Positions 8,581 through 18,682 of a stretch of DNA of 49,138 bases are shown piece after piece (positions within the stretch are counted from its first letter, which is position 1; every line of letters begins with the position of its first letter). This DNA comes from Negativicutes bacterium (lineage in GTDB: Bacteria; Bacillota; Negativicutes; JAGOZY01), in NCBI GenBank assembly GCA_017995975.1, contig JAGOHU010000001.1, positions 1 to 49,138 on the forward strand. Direction: 5' to 3'. A program made the position numbers and the translations under genes. The notes beneath the pieces were generated by a model. It did not search any database, was not told the DNA's origin, and was given only the letters and a program-made list of their open reading frames with translations.

Positions 8581-10416
8581 TTAGAAACTAGCGCCAAATC
8601 CAAAGCTAAAACGCCCTTTATCTTCCCCATTCCCCATCCCATAATCCAAACGTAATGGACCTAGTGGGGTATTCAAACGAATTCCAAGCCCATAAGTAGT
8701 TCGTAATTTAAAAGATCGTCCTGGGTCACTAAAAACAGCATTTGATGTACCGCCCCAAGCATCTCCTACTTCGCCGAAAGCAACAACTGAAACATATTTT
8801 TGGACTGGTACTCGGTATTCCAAGGTCGCAGCCAGCATTTTAGTCCCTCTAAATTGACCACCTTCAAAACCTCTGAGTACCGTATCGCCACCAACAGAAA
8901 GTAAATCCGATTCCGGTACATCATCACCAGTTTGTAAGCCTCCAAGAAAACGAACTGCGATGGTGTGCTCTGCTTTTCCAAACATCACAGGCCAATATTT
9001 ACGGGCATCCAGATTAAATTGGGTGTAATTAAAGTCCCCACTAATTACAGGTAAGCCTTGGGTCGCACTTAACGAAAAACGTTTCCCTTGAGTTGGCACA
9101 AAGTAATTATCTCGATCATCATAAATAAATCCGAGGCTAACATTGCTATAGCGACCAAAATTATCCGAAATATAATTAGGAACCGTTCGATAGTCTGTCC
9201 CACTTTGATGCTCACTATACTTGGTATCTCGAATTCCGAAGCCAACAAATGCTTTTTTGTATTCTCCGTAAGGCTGAGAAATTGTTACATCAAAGCCCCG
9301 GGCTTCTCGGTCGTACTCGGAGATTTTGTCTCCATCAGGACTTCGATCCACCCTTCTGCGCATGAGATCATAAACATTAAGACCAAGAGACATTTCTTTT
9401 TTGGTCAACCAAGGATGAACATAACTAAATTCGAAACCATGACGAAGTTTATTTTTAAAGTCCCCTTCGCCACCAAATTCATAACGCAATTTAATTTGGT
9501 CCGTAATTCCTAAGAAATTCTTGTCCCCAAATTCTGCAGATACGGAAAAACCATCGTCTTCATTGTAGCCGCCCCCTAAGCCAACTGAGCGACTAGGGCC
9601 TTCTTTGACTTCAATAGCATAAACAAATTGATTTGGTTCTCGTCCTGGCTGGAGATCCATCTTAACATCTTCAAAAATACCTAAATTGTTGAGACGACGA
9701 ATTGTATTTCGCGCATCTTCTGCTTTCAAAGGCTCACCTTTTTTTACTCGGATTTCTCGCAGAATTGCTTTATCTTTCGTTTTGTCATTCCCTTTGACCT
9801 GAATTTCTTCAATAACGCCTTCAACTACTTTGGCAGTTACCGTACCGTCCTCAAGCATTTGAATATCTGCCAGCCGGGCAAGAACATAACCATTCTTTTT
9901 ATAATGCTCTTCCACTGCCTGCAAATCGCCAGTCAGTCGATTCGTATTGATAACCACCCCTGGGGTGACTGTTGCAAGAGCTTCTAATTCCTCGGTTTTA
10001 TAAATGGTATTCCCAGTCAATTTCAATCCTTTAAATTTCGGATTTTCTTTGACCTCGTAAACCACTTCAGTCCCTTCAGGTACAATATTGTATTTCATTC
10101 GAGCCCCTTGGAAATAACCAGTGCTCAAAATCGCCTGAATATCTTTTCCAGATTGATCCGCTGTCCAAACACCGCCTGGACGACTCGCAATCACATCCAT
10201 AATTGATTTTTTCTCAATGCTTTGAAGTCCTTCAATATCAATTCGGGTGATTTTCTGCCCAACTGGTCCTTCCGCATCAACGGTCGCCTCAGCTGTTGCT
10301 ATAGGTGCTGGGGAAACGATTGGAGTTTCTCCGTAAGCAATCCCACCCGAATATCCCATTGCCACGCCTAATCCAAGCACACAGAGCATTTTCTTTACTC
10401 GATATTTTTTGCTCAA
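8581..10416 (-). CDS. bamA: Outer membrane protein assembly factor BamA (Omp85), short form
   Basis: 611 aa with a signal peptide. About 230 aa of POTRA-like repeats, room for about three. C-terminal Omp85 barrel ending in the aromatic signature GFGASF. TTG start with GGAGG SD. Confidence 0.9.
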   Translation of the reverse strand: MSKKYRVKKMLCVLGLGVAMGYSGGIAYGETPIVSPAPIATAEATVDAEGPVGQKITRIDIEGLQSIEKKSIMDVIASRPGGVWTADQSGKDIQAILSTGYFQGARMKYNIVPEGTEVVYEVKENPKFKGLKLTGNTIYKTEELEALATVTPGVVINTNRLTGDLQAVEEHYKKNGYVLARLADIQMLEDGTVTAKVVEGVIEEIQVKGNDKTKDKAILREIRVKKGEPLKAEDARNTIRRLNNLGIFEDVKMDLQPGREPNQFVYAIEVKEGPSRSVGLGGGYNEDDGFSVSAEFGDKNFLGITDQIKLRYEFGGEGDFKNKLRHGFEFSYVHPWLTKKEMSLGLNVYDLMRRRVDRSPDGDKISEYDREARGFDVTISQPYGEYKKAFVGFGIRDTKYSEHQSGTDYRTVPNYISDNFGRYSNVSLGFIYDDRDNYFVPTQGKRFSLSATQGLPVISGDFNYTQFNLDARKYWPVMFGKAEHTIAVRFLGGLQTGDDVPESDLLSVGGDTVLRGFEGGQFRGTKMLAATLEYRVPVQKYVSVVAFGEVGDAWGGTSNAVFSDPGRSFKLRTTYGLGIRLNTPLGPLRLDYGMGNGEDKGRFSFGFGASF

Positions 10417-10459
10417 GATAAATCCTCCCTATCCATGTCAAACTTTCAATTTAAAACTT

Positions 10460-10490
10460 AGATTCTTAATGGGTTGCCAAATAAGAATCT
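10460..10490 (-). promoter_or_regulatory. Hairpin between tamB and bamA (weak terminator or attenuator)
   Basis: Perfect 9-bp stem AGATTCTTA/TAAGAATCT with a 13-nt loop, followed by AAGTTTTAA. The U-tract is weak. Confidence 0.35.
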
Positions 10491-10538
10491 CCTTCTGATA
10501 CATAATACCACTTTCTCAAGTAGAACCAAAGTTTTTTT

Positions 10539-13500
10539 TTAAAATCTACCCCGAAAAAAGACTCGATATCGATTTTCTTTGTCCTCTCGTTCCCATTCGA
10601 CCGATATATTCCAATAACGATTAAAATCATATCGTAGGTTTGTGATACCATTTGCCAGATCCTCAAAAGAAAGTGCATTTGAGATAAAAACATTTTTCCC
10701 AATTGATTTTCCAACTCGAATTCCGTAATTGGCTTCAAATTTATTACGAAGACCTTCCGTGTTCTGTTGATTTGAAAAATGAAGTTGGGTTAAAACGACC
10801 TCATCTACCCCGAAGTTTGCCTGAGCAAATTTTTCCAGTCCAAAAAGTCCCTGAGCTTGAAGTCCCATTTCTAAAAGAGCTAACGCACCAGCCGAAGTTA
10901 GTTGTTGCCCTAGTCCATTTGGGTTATTATCAATTGAATTGGTTTTGAACAACAATAAGTTTCGGATTTCATCTTGACTCATTGCCGGTTCTGACGAAAG
11001 AACAAATTCCATTTGGGTAGCAATCCCTTTAGCTTGAAGGTTGATTTGAGTATTTGCCATTCGAGTTTGAGCACGCAGACTGATTTCTGGAATTAGTCCA
11101 GTAAAACCTCCGAAATTAGCTTTTCCTTCTAAAATATCAAATTGATTGTTAAAGTACCAAATTCTTCCACTATTCACTTCAAGTTGCCCCATTAAAGCAG
11201 GCTTTTGTATGGTACGTCGGATTCGCAATTTCCCTTGAGGTGAAATATCGTAGAAGACCGGGTCGTAGAACCTTACCTTTTGCCCAATATGAAGTTGGAT
11301 ATCCAAATCAGTCTCAGGTAAATAAAAAGCTTGAGAATCCTGTACGAAAAGACTAATCGGAACGCTAATCGTAACCCGATCTAAGCGAATATCCCCTTGT
11401 ACCTTCGGTTTAAGAACTCCAGAAACCAATTCCAATTTTCCGTTAATTTCACCTTTGTAATAAGGACTAGTCACTTCTAATTGTTGGGCTACTAAAGATG
11501 CACGATAATCACTCAATACAGTTCCAGCCAAACCGCCTTGACCAGACAAATTCAACTTCCCTTTCCCCATCTTTGCAGACCCTTGGCTAATCACAAAGGA
11601 TTCTCCTTTAAAGTCCAACGCTAATTGGATATTTTCAAGAGGTTCTTTCACCTTATCAAAGTGGATAATGCCGTTTTGAATTCCAAGAGTCCCGTTAATA
11701 TTCGGATGAGCCAAAGTTCCTTTAATGTGAAGCTGACCTGTTGTAGCTCCTTCAGCTTCTGTAATGAATGGGGTAATCGTTGGCAGGATGGCCAGATTTG
11801 CATTGTCTAGTCGCAAATTCAAATCCATGCTTTCGGTTCGGCCCGATTCTTTTTTCTCCAAGGCGGCTAACGGAATTTTTCCATCCAGGCTGGCTTGATA
11901 AATTCCTTTTACCAGTGACATTTGTTCGATCAAAATATTTTGATCTTTTAAAACAATCAAAGTTTGGAAATTGTCGAAAGCCACTCCTCCGAGTCCCCCA
12001 GGAGTAATATTACCAGAGAGGGCCACTTCAGGATTTTTTAAGGTACCACTTGCTTGACCCACAATCTGGAGCTTTCCTGTCAGAGGAATATCTTGATAAG
12101 CTAAGTCGGGTAATATTGAAGCATCTAAATCTCTACCACCGATCTGTATATCAATATTCCCTTTTGAATCAATACCCCCTTCAGCAGCCAAAAATCCCTC
12201 TGTTCCAATTTTCCCAGTTAAATTATCAATATCCCAGGCCGTACCATCTTTTGTAACATGAAATCTTACTTGGTCAAAGTGTTGTTTTCTGAAAGTTCCT
12301 TGGGAAATAAATCCTTTGATGTCGGTTTCAATATGACCAGGGCTCATGGTTACTTTTATATTTCCACTCAATAGCCCTTCCAGTTCAGGAACCGAGAGGG
12401 TGGCTAAAGGTAAGCTTTGACTGAGCTTGAGCTTCTCTGCAGTAATTTCGCCATAAATCATTCGTCTTGGTCCATTTGCATACCCTTGGAATAGTACCTT
12501 GCCCTCATCTCCTTGAGAAAAAGAAAATTCTGGGATTCGAAGCTCCACCTGATCGCCCGCTAAGATAAGATTCACATTTTCGATTTTCTGACCATTCATT
12601 TCGATCAACGGTGCCGCAAGTTGAGCATCAATTGTGTATTTATCTCCCTGCCCTTTGACGACTCCGCCAAAATGAACCAATCCACTTACTGGATAAGGCC
12701 ATTCCCAGCCAAGAGGCCGTTCGGAAAAGAACTGTCCTTCCGAAACGGTTACCTCATATCCACCTTTTTCATCGTACCACCCACTGGAGCTAAAATTCAT
12801 GCTCCAATTTTCAAAGCGGAAGCTTTTAAACTTCCAAAGACCATCTTTTCTTTCGTATTTGCCTGAGAGATGATCGATGAGAATCGAATTTTCTTTTGAA
12901 AGACCTGCACTGCCATTAGTCAATGAAATCTTCCCTTTAATTGAAGGATTAGCCAAATTTCCTTGAATAGTCAGTTGATTGGTTATATTCCCACTTAGAA
13001 ATATATTTTGAGGTAAAAAAGGCAAAGCCATTTCACCTCTAAAATTACTACTTTGGACTTCTAAAAAGCTATCAGATCCATCTAACGCCAACCAGCCTTT
13101 GATCTGGTGGGTTCTTTGGGAGGAACGAAAAGAGCGGATAAACTGATCATTTAAATTTAAAAGCGAAGTCGATGGATAGGCAATAAAATGATCACCGATC
13201 TTTCGAAAGTCGAGCCACCCAAATTGATGACTATCTCCGCCATATTGAATCAAACTGACCTCGTCAATCCCAAGGATACCGTCTTCTTTTAAAAGAAGTC
13301 TTCCCTTTATCGAATTAAAAGGTTGAGAGACAATCAGTCCATTTTCACCTACAAAGTCGATTGCTCCTTGCCAAGTACCTGCATTTTTTTGCAAGCTTCC
13401 TCGACCAGAAAAGCTTCCGCCAATTGGGTAGGCAGGAATAAATTCTTGAAAAGAAGCGGCTTCAATTTGGCTAGCTGTAAATTCCAATAGAGAGGAATTT

Positions 13501-15020
13501 ACCATCACCTCAAGGGATCCACCAGCTGCAAGCACATGGAGTTGAGTCGCAAATTCTTCTTTCGGAGCCCAAGCAAATTCTCCCGAAGCTTGGGTAATTG
13601 GAATACCCCGAATCTGCGCTTCTGAGAATTGTAACTCTCCATTGCCTCGAATTCCCTTTAACCCACCCGAAAAAGAAACTTCCCCAGACACACTGCCTTT
13701 TAGAGGAGATAAATCAGCTAAACCAAAATTCTTGGGAATTTGATCTAAGTAAATATGAGCTAAAACAAAATTCCCTTCACCCAATTGATCTTTCCAATTG
13801 AATCTCCCAGCTCCACTCAGCTCTCCGCTAAAAATTTGACCTTCGAAGTTCTTCAGTATAACCTCCGAAAGATCACCCTTGACTTCACTTGTAAAGTTCC
13901 CAATTGCTGCCTCTTGATAGACCAGATCTTTCACGCTCAGCTTACCATCCCCAATAGGTAGGTCCAGCGTACCGGTAATCTCAATATCTCCACTTACCAC
14001 TCCCGAAATCTCTTGGGCTTTGACCAGTGGGATGGCACCAAGTTGGAAACCTTCGGTCTGTAGGGTTAAATTTAATTTTTTCTCCCCTTGGATTTCTGCT
14101 TTACCCGAAATTACGAAAGGTTGACCATTCAAATTTCCTTTGATATTGGTGGCTTCAATTTCTTGATTTGTACCCGAAAGTTTACCATTCCAACCAGTTA
14201 GATGATAATCTTGCCACGAAATACCTGCATCTTGAAGCTCTCCTTCGCCTTCGACTAGCCAAGTTTGATCTTCCAAACGCTGAATTTCGACCCGATAATT
14301 CTTGGCCACCCCTGCCCAATTAGTAAGCTTAGGTTCCTGATTAGAAAGCCAAGCTAATGAACCATGGGTCAAACTCAAATCACTGCCCGAAACTTTAATT
14401 GTACCTTTTTCTTGATACCAAGAAAACTCAACTTGCCCTCGGTCTTTTTCTAAAACAAAATCACCAGTCCCACTAATCTGTCCGGTAGGGAAGATATGAA
14501 TCTGTCCATTTAGACCCATCTCTTTATTTACTAAATTTTGACGATTCACATAAATTTGCGCATTTTGAATCAGAAGAGAAAGAGTCACTTTTGTAGATTC
14601 AGTAGCAGTTTCTTGCCTCAACAAATCGCTCAGATTCCATTGGCCGGGCTTCAACTCAGTCACATAAACAAGAGGTGATTGGAGTGCTACTTGTTCTAGT
14701 GCTTCAACTCCAATTTGTCCAGTTATCAATTTCCAGTAGTTAAGGGTAACTCGAACTTGAGGAATTTCTGTCACGATTTTCCCATCTACTCCATAAAAGC
14801 GGACTCCTTCTAATTTAATCGCTGGTGGGAAAGTGATCCGCAACTGGTCAATTTCGATTTTTCCGTTCAAACTCTGTCCGGCTGTCTCTAATACAATTTG
14901 TTTAACTTTATTTTCTATGATTGTGTGATTGCTCTGCCACCAAAGAGCAGCTCCCAGTATGCTAACAAGCACAAAGGCTACAAAAAAAATAGAGAAACGC
15001 CGCACTTGATTAATCATCAT
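10539..15020 (-). CDS. tamB: TamB-like translocation and assembly module protein (DUF490/AsmA-like)
   Basis: 1493 aa. Single N-terminal TM anchor, then a very long beta-rich Gly/Ser/Asn-rich body. DUF490-like C-terminus ending RVFFRGRF. Immediately upstream of bamA. Confidence 0.85.
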   Translation of the reverse strand: MMINQVRRFSIFFVAFVLVSILGAALWWQSNHTIIENKVKQIVLETAGQSLNGKIEIDQLRITFPPAIKLEGVRFYGVDGKIVTEIPQVRVTLNYWKLITGQIGVEALEQVALQSPLVYVTELKPGQWNLSDLLRQETATESTKVTLSLLIQNAQIYVNRQNLVNKEMGLNGQIHIFPTGQISGTGDFVLEKDRGQVEFSWYQEKGTIKVSGSDLSLTHGSLAWLSNQEPKLTNWAGVAKNYRVEIQRLEDQTWLVEGEGELQDAGISWQDYHLTGWNGKLSGTNQEIEATNIKGNLNGQPFVISGKAEIQGEKKLNLTLQTEGFQLGAIPLVKAQEISGVVSGDIEITGTLDLPIGDGKLSVKDLVYQEAAIGNFTSEVKGDLSEVILKNFEGQIFSGELSGAGRFNWKDQLGEGNFVLAHIYLDQIPKNFGLADLSPLKGSVSGEVSFSGGLKGIRGNGELQFSEAQIRGIPITQASGEFAWAPKEEFATQLHVLAAGGSLEVMVNSSLLEFTASQIEAASFQEFIPAYPIGGSFSGRGSLQKNAGTWQGAIDFVGENGLIVSQPFNSIKGRLLLKEDGILGIDEVSLIQYGGDSHQFGWLDFRKIGDHFIAYPSTSLLNLNDQFIRSFRSSQRTHQIKGWLALDGSDSFLEVQSSNFRGEMALPFLPQNIFLSGNITNQLTIQGNLANPSIKGKISLTNGSAGLSKENSILIDHLSGKYERKDGLWKFKSFRFENWSMNFSSSGWYDEKGGYEVTVSEGQFFSERPLGWEWPYPVSGLVHFGGVVKGQGDKYTIDAQLAAPLIEMNGQKIENVNLILAGDQVELRIPEFSFSQGDEGKVLFQGYANGPRRMIYGEITAEKLKLSQSLPLATLSVPELEGLLSGNIKVTMSPGHIETDIKGFISQGTFRKQHFDQVRFHVTKDGTAWDIDNLTGKIGTEGFLAAEGGIDSKGNIDIQIGGRDLDASILPDLAYQDIPLTGKLQIVGQASGTLKNPEVALSGNITPGGLGGVAFDNFQTLIVLKDQNILIEQMSLVKGIYQASLDGKIPLAALEKKESGRTESMDLNLRLDNANLAILPTITPFITEAEGATTGQLHIKGTLAHPNINGTLGIQNGIIHFDKVKEPLENIQLALDFKGESFVISQGSAKMGKGKLNLSGQGGLAGTVLSDYRASLVAQQLEVTSPYYKGEINGKLELVSGVLKPKVQGDIRLDRVTISVPISLFVQDSQAFYLPETDLDIQLHIGQKVRFYDPVFYDISPQGKLRIRRTIQKPALMGQLEVNSGRIWYFNNQFDILEGKANFGGFTGLIPEISLRAQTRMANTQINLQAKGIATQMEFVLSSEPAMSQDEIRNLLLFKTNSIDNNPNGLGQQLTSAGALALLEMGLQAQGLFGLEKFAQANFGVDEVVLTQLHFSNQQNTEGLRNKFEANYGIRVGKSIGKNVFISNALSFEDLANGITNLRYDFNRYWNISVEWEREDKENRYRVFFRGRF

Positions 15021-15059
15021 ACGACATCCCTCACTTTTCCTTTTAACTAAAAAAATCTT

Positions 15060-16514
15060 TTATTCTGCTTGAAATAATATCTTCGTTTTTTCTGGATTTT
15101 CTTTTAATTCTTCGATTTTTTTATCAAGCATCTCACTAGGCAACGGAGTCCGTTCAAGTTCCTCAGCCGAGAGTGGTCTTTTTACACCAATTCCCATGGC
15201 TTTATCCAATTTAGCTCGGCTATTGTTATAGTCAAACAACGATGATACATAATTTGTTTGGGCATTGGTTAAAGCATTTTGAGAATCTAATACATCTAAA
15301 TTTGTCCCAACTCCAGCTTGATAACGAGCTTGAGCTATTTTATAATCTTCTTCTGCTTGAGAAATCGCAACCGAACTGGTCTGAATTCGTTCTCTTGCTT
15401 CTTGAAGGTTTAGCCAAGCTTGGCGAACTTCCAGGTCCACTCCCTGAATGGTTGTTTTGAGAGTTGACTCTGCTTTTTCCTGCTTAGCCATTGCTTCTCC
15501 TACTCGGCCACGGGTGTAAAAGCTGTCAAAAAGAGTTAATTTAACAGTGCCACCCACATTCCAACCAGTAGTTTCCCAACCCGGTCGATCCACATCCCCT
15601 TTATTGTACCCTGCCGAAACAGCCACAGTTGGATAATATCCTGCTCGAGCAGTCCGTACAGCCGCTTTGGCTGAGTCAATACTTGAGAAAGACTGATGAA
15701 TCTCAGGTCGATACAACTTCGCATAAGAAATACTTTCCTCTAGAGTCCGCTCATCTGGAGTAAATCCTAATGAATCTTTCAACACTAACGAGGTGCCCAT
15801 ATCTACCCAAATTAGATTGGCCAAACTTGCATTAGCCAAATCAAGGCTATTTTTCGCTTTGATCAGATTTTGTTTGGCGTTAGCCACTTCGACTTCTGAT
15901 CGAAGTACATCGGCTTTGGCTACTAGTCCAACTTCAAATCGTAATTTTGTATTTTTCAGGTGCTCTTCCATCCGAGCCAATGCTTCGTCTGCATTTTCTA
16001 CGGTTTTCTCTGCATAAAGTACCTGATAATAGGCTTGTGCTGTCTGCATGCGAAGTGATTGTTCCATCAATACCACTCCGTAAGTACCGCTATAATATCC
16101 CTCTTTGGCCTGAGTCACTTGTCCTTGGTTGGCTCCGCCTGAGTATAAAACCCAATTTAAATTTACTCCATTTGAAAATTGATTGGAATACACATCTTTT
16201 CGCAAAGTATTTGCATCACTATAAGAGCGAGTCTCCGAATGAGTAGCCCCTACGGTAGGACCATAAGAAGCTTTTGCTTGCTCCACTCTGCGTCGAGCAG
16301 CCTGACGATCCGCATCCATTCCATCCAGTTGAGGATTTCTGCTCAAAGTCATATCAATCGCATTTTCTAAAGTAATTTCCAAAGGTGCATTTTCTTTTTG
16401 TTCCACTCCGGAAGCATCCCATATTTTTTCTTCTGCTTTAGCCACATAATTTATTGACAACAGAGACCCCAGAATAGCCATAGCAAGGAGTTGTTGATAT
16501 TTTTTCTTGTTCAT
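15060..16514 (-). CDS. tolC: TolC-family outer membrane efflux/channel protein
   Basis: 484 aa with a signal peptide. Two OEP-type repeats with long alpha-helical heptad regions (LEITLENAIDMTLSRNPQL..., AQARYQAGVGTNLDVLDSQNAL). Confidence 0.88.
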   Translation of the reverse strand: MNKKKYQQLLAMAILGSLLSINYVAKAEEKIWDASGVEQKENAPLEITLENAIDMTLSRNPQLDGMDADRQAARRRVEQAKASYGPTVGATHSETRSYSDANTLRKDVYSNQFSNGVNLNWVLYSGGANQGQVTQAKEGYYSGTYGVVLMEQSLRMQTAQAYYQVLYAEKTVENADEALARMEEHLKNTKLRFEVGLVAKADVLRSEVEVANAKQNLIKAKNSLDLANASLANLIWVDMGTSLVLKDSLGFTPDERTLEESISYAKLYRPEIHQSFSSIDSAKAAVRTARAGYYPTVAVSAGYNKGDVDRPGWETTGWNVGGTVKLTLFDSFYTRGRVGEAMAKQEKAESTLKTTIQGVDLEVRQAWLNLQEARERIQTSSVAISQAEEDYKIAQARYQAGVGTNLDVLDSQNALTNAQTNYVSSLFDYNNSRAKLDKAMGIGVKRPLSAEELERTPLPSEMLDKKIEELKENPEKTKILFQAE

Positions 16515-16541
16515 TTTGTTTAGTTCCTCCTCAATGATGAT

Positions 16542-17876
16542 TTAAAAACGTTGCCGAATTCCAAAATAAGTCGAACTGGCCCGATCTTTCCCATAAATTT
16601 GTCCAAAAATCGATGTGGTGTCCGTCACATCGTATTCACCCCGGACTCGATATTTAAAATCATTTGGATCGTATCCATCCACACTTACTTTAAGACGTTT
16701 AGATGCTTGCCAATCCACCCCAACTCCCAGCCGGGACTCAAATACCCCAGCTCGAAATCCGATTGGCCCTTTCCAAGTTCCACCTTGAAGCTCGAAATGG
16801 TTCTCTTCACCGATATCCTGAGCACCAATACGTATATATCGATCTCCGCCAATTGAGACATTTGCATCACCACGCCAATCCTTTTCATCAGCCGAATAGG
16901 ACATTTCTGCTCCGCCCTCGAAAAAGTTTCGAGAGCTAGTTTGCTTTTTTCCTACCCCGGTGCCTTTATCGCTTCCACTTGATTTATTACCACCCAAAAG
17001 TTGGTTGATTTTTGCACTGGTCTCACTAGCATTACGGATTGTCGCTTTCACATCCGCGATGGTATTCGGATCTGTAGCCATTCCTTCCACCGAAGCCGTG
17101 ATTTTATCCATTCGAGCTATGACGCTTTTCATATCTGACAACATTTGCCGAATATCTTCGGCTCCTTTTCCGTTATCATCTACTGTAGCGAGCATACGAT
17201 TTGCAGTCCCCACTACTTGACGCATATCATCTGAAGTGGCCCGTAGATTTTGGACAATCGCCCTCATATCACCTTCACTACCACTGCTCATTCGATTTAA
17301 ACTCTCAGTTGCCATACGCAAATTATCTGTAATCAAACCCATATTTCTAATGGCCGTTTTAATTGCAATTTTAGTTTCTTCTGATCCAGCAATTTCATTT
17401 ACATTACCCACAGTCTGCTCTAATTGGCTGACTAATCGATTTGCAGAAACCATCATATCATCAATGCTAGGTCGAGAAGTTCCTTCAAGCTTCGAACCAG
17501 GAGGCAAAAAATCCTTGTTTACCTCCTCAGGTGGTTGAATTGCCACATACTTAGAACCCACCAAGCCCTCGGTTCCGAGAGAAACAAGGGACCCTTTCGG
17601 CACCTTCACTCCCGGGTCCATCTTTAGGGTAACACTAATCCCGTGAGGCATTAGTTCAATTTTCTCGACTTTACCGGCTCGAATTCCTGCATAACGAACC
17701 TGGTTACCTACCCCTAAGCCGTCAGCAGTTTTAAAAAAGACTTGGAGGGTGTAGCCCCGATTGCCCGATAAATCAATATCTGCAATAAAAATACCTAGTG
17801 CAACAACTACTGCTAACCCAATCAAAGTAAATATGCCTACTTTGATCTCTATCTGTCGACTACTATTTTCCTGCAC
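16542..17876 (-). CDS. mlaD: MlaD (MCE-domain) protein, long form with helical stalk and beta-rich OMP-like C-terminal module
   Basis: 444 aa. N-terminal TM, MCE domain (residues about 38-115), about 180 aa of predicted coiled-coil, a Gly/Ser/Lys linker, then about 128 beta-rich residues ending YFGIRQRF. GTG start with GGAGG SD, overlapping the end of mlaF by 14 nt. Confidence 0.85.
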   Translation of the reverse strand: MQENSSRQIEIKVGIFTLIGLAVVVALGIFIADIDLSGNRGYTLQVFFKTADGLGVGNQVRYAGIRAGKVEKIELMPHGISVTLKMDPGVKVPKGSLVSLGTEGLVGSKYVAIQPPEEVNKDFLPPGSKLEGTSRPSIDDMMVSANRLVSQLEQTVGNVNEIAGSEETKIAIKTAIRNMGLITDNLRMATESLNRMSSGSEGDMRAIVQNLRATSDDMRQVVGTANRMLATVDDNGKGAEDIRQMLSDMKSVIARMDKITASVEGMATDPNTIADVKATIRNASETSAKINQLLGGNKSSGSDKGTGVGKKQTSSRNFFEGGAEMSYSADEKDWRGDANVSIGGDRYIRIGAQDIGEENHFELQGGTWKGPIGFRAGVFESRLGVGVDWQASKRLKVSVDGYDPNDFKYRVRGEYDVTDTTSIFGQIYGKDRASSTYFGIRQRF

Positions 17877-18654
17877 TACTTACCCCTCCTTTTTCATTTT
17901 GATAACCAACTAAACCATATTCTAAAAATTGTTGGACTTCCGGATGAGAACTGCGAACAAATTCTTCTTTCGTACCAATTTCAGTAATTTCACCATTATA
18001 AAGCATGGCAATCCGGTCAGCACTTCGGAAAACTCCTGGCATATCATGAGTCACCATAATCGAAGTTACACCCAAAGTTTCTTTCGTTTTTACGATTAAC
18101 TCGTCAATTTGCTTTGATATAACCGGGTCTAGCCCAGATGTCGGTTCGTCATACAATACCAATGGTGGGTTTGCTGCAAGAGCCCGGGCCAAACTTACTC
18201 GTTTTTTCATACCCCCTGAAAGCTCAGATGGCATTTTGGACTCTACCCCTTCGAGCCCGACAAGCCGTAATTTCTCGGTTACAATTTGTCGAATTTTTTC
18301 CTCTGGCAATTTCAGGTGTTGTCGTAAGGCAAACCCCACATTATGTTCCACATCCATCGAATCAAAAAGAGCTGAATACTGAAATACCATGCCCATTTTT
18401 AACCGAATGTCATTCAATTCTTGATAATTTATTTGAGTTAAATTAGTTCCTTCAACCCAGATGTTCCCAGTTGTAGGCTTCAAAAGTCCAATAATCAATC
18501 GAAGTAAAGTACTTTTTCCAGTCCCCGAAGGACCTATCACTGCAAGAGTTTCTCCTTCGTAAACCTCTAAATTAATATGTTTTAATATTTCTTTTCGCCC
18601 AAAAGCAAGGGAAACATCTTCCAATCGAACAATTACTTTTTTTTCTGCTGTCAT
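17863..18654 (-). CDS. mlaF: Phospholipid ABC transporter ATP-binding protein MlaF
   Basis: Walker A GPSGTGKST, ABC signature LSGGMKKR, Walker B LVLYDEPTSGLD. Start set at ATG 18654 (MTAEKKVIVRLEDV); the track ORF starts at an upstream TTG. Confidence 0.9.
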   Translation of the reverse strand: MTAEKKVIVRLEDVSLAFGRKEILKHINLEVYEGETLAVIGPSGTGKSTLLRLIIGLLKPTTGNIWVEGTNLTQINYQELNDIRLKMGMVFQYSALFDSMDVEHNVGFALRQHLKLPEEKIRQIVTEKLRLVGLEGVESKMPSELSGGMKKRVSLARALAANPPLVLYDEPTSGLDPVISKQIDELIVKTKETLGVTSIMVTHDMPGVFRSADRIAMLYNGEITEIGTKEEFVRSSHPEVQQFLEYGLVGYQNEKGGVSSAGK

Positions 18655-18682
18655 GTTTCTCCCCACTTTCAAAATATCTCAC

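Noticed and set aside
10466-10738. A 90-aa minus-strand ORF overlapping the tamB 3' end and running into the tamB-bamA spacer.
   Set aside because: It is out of frame with the conserved DUF490 C-terminus, has no SD and no recognisable sequence. The intergenic part is better explained by the 9-bp hairpin at 10460-10490.
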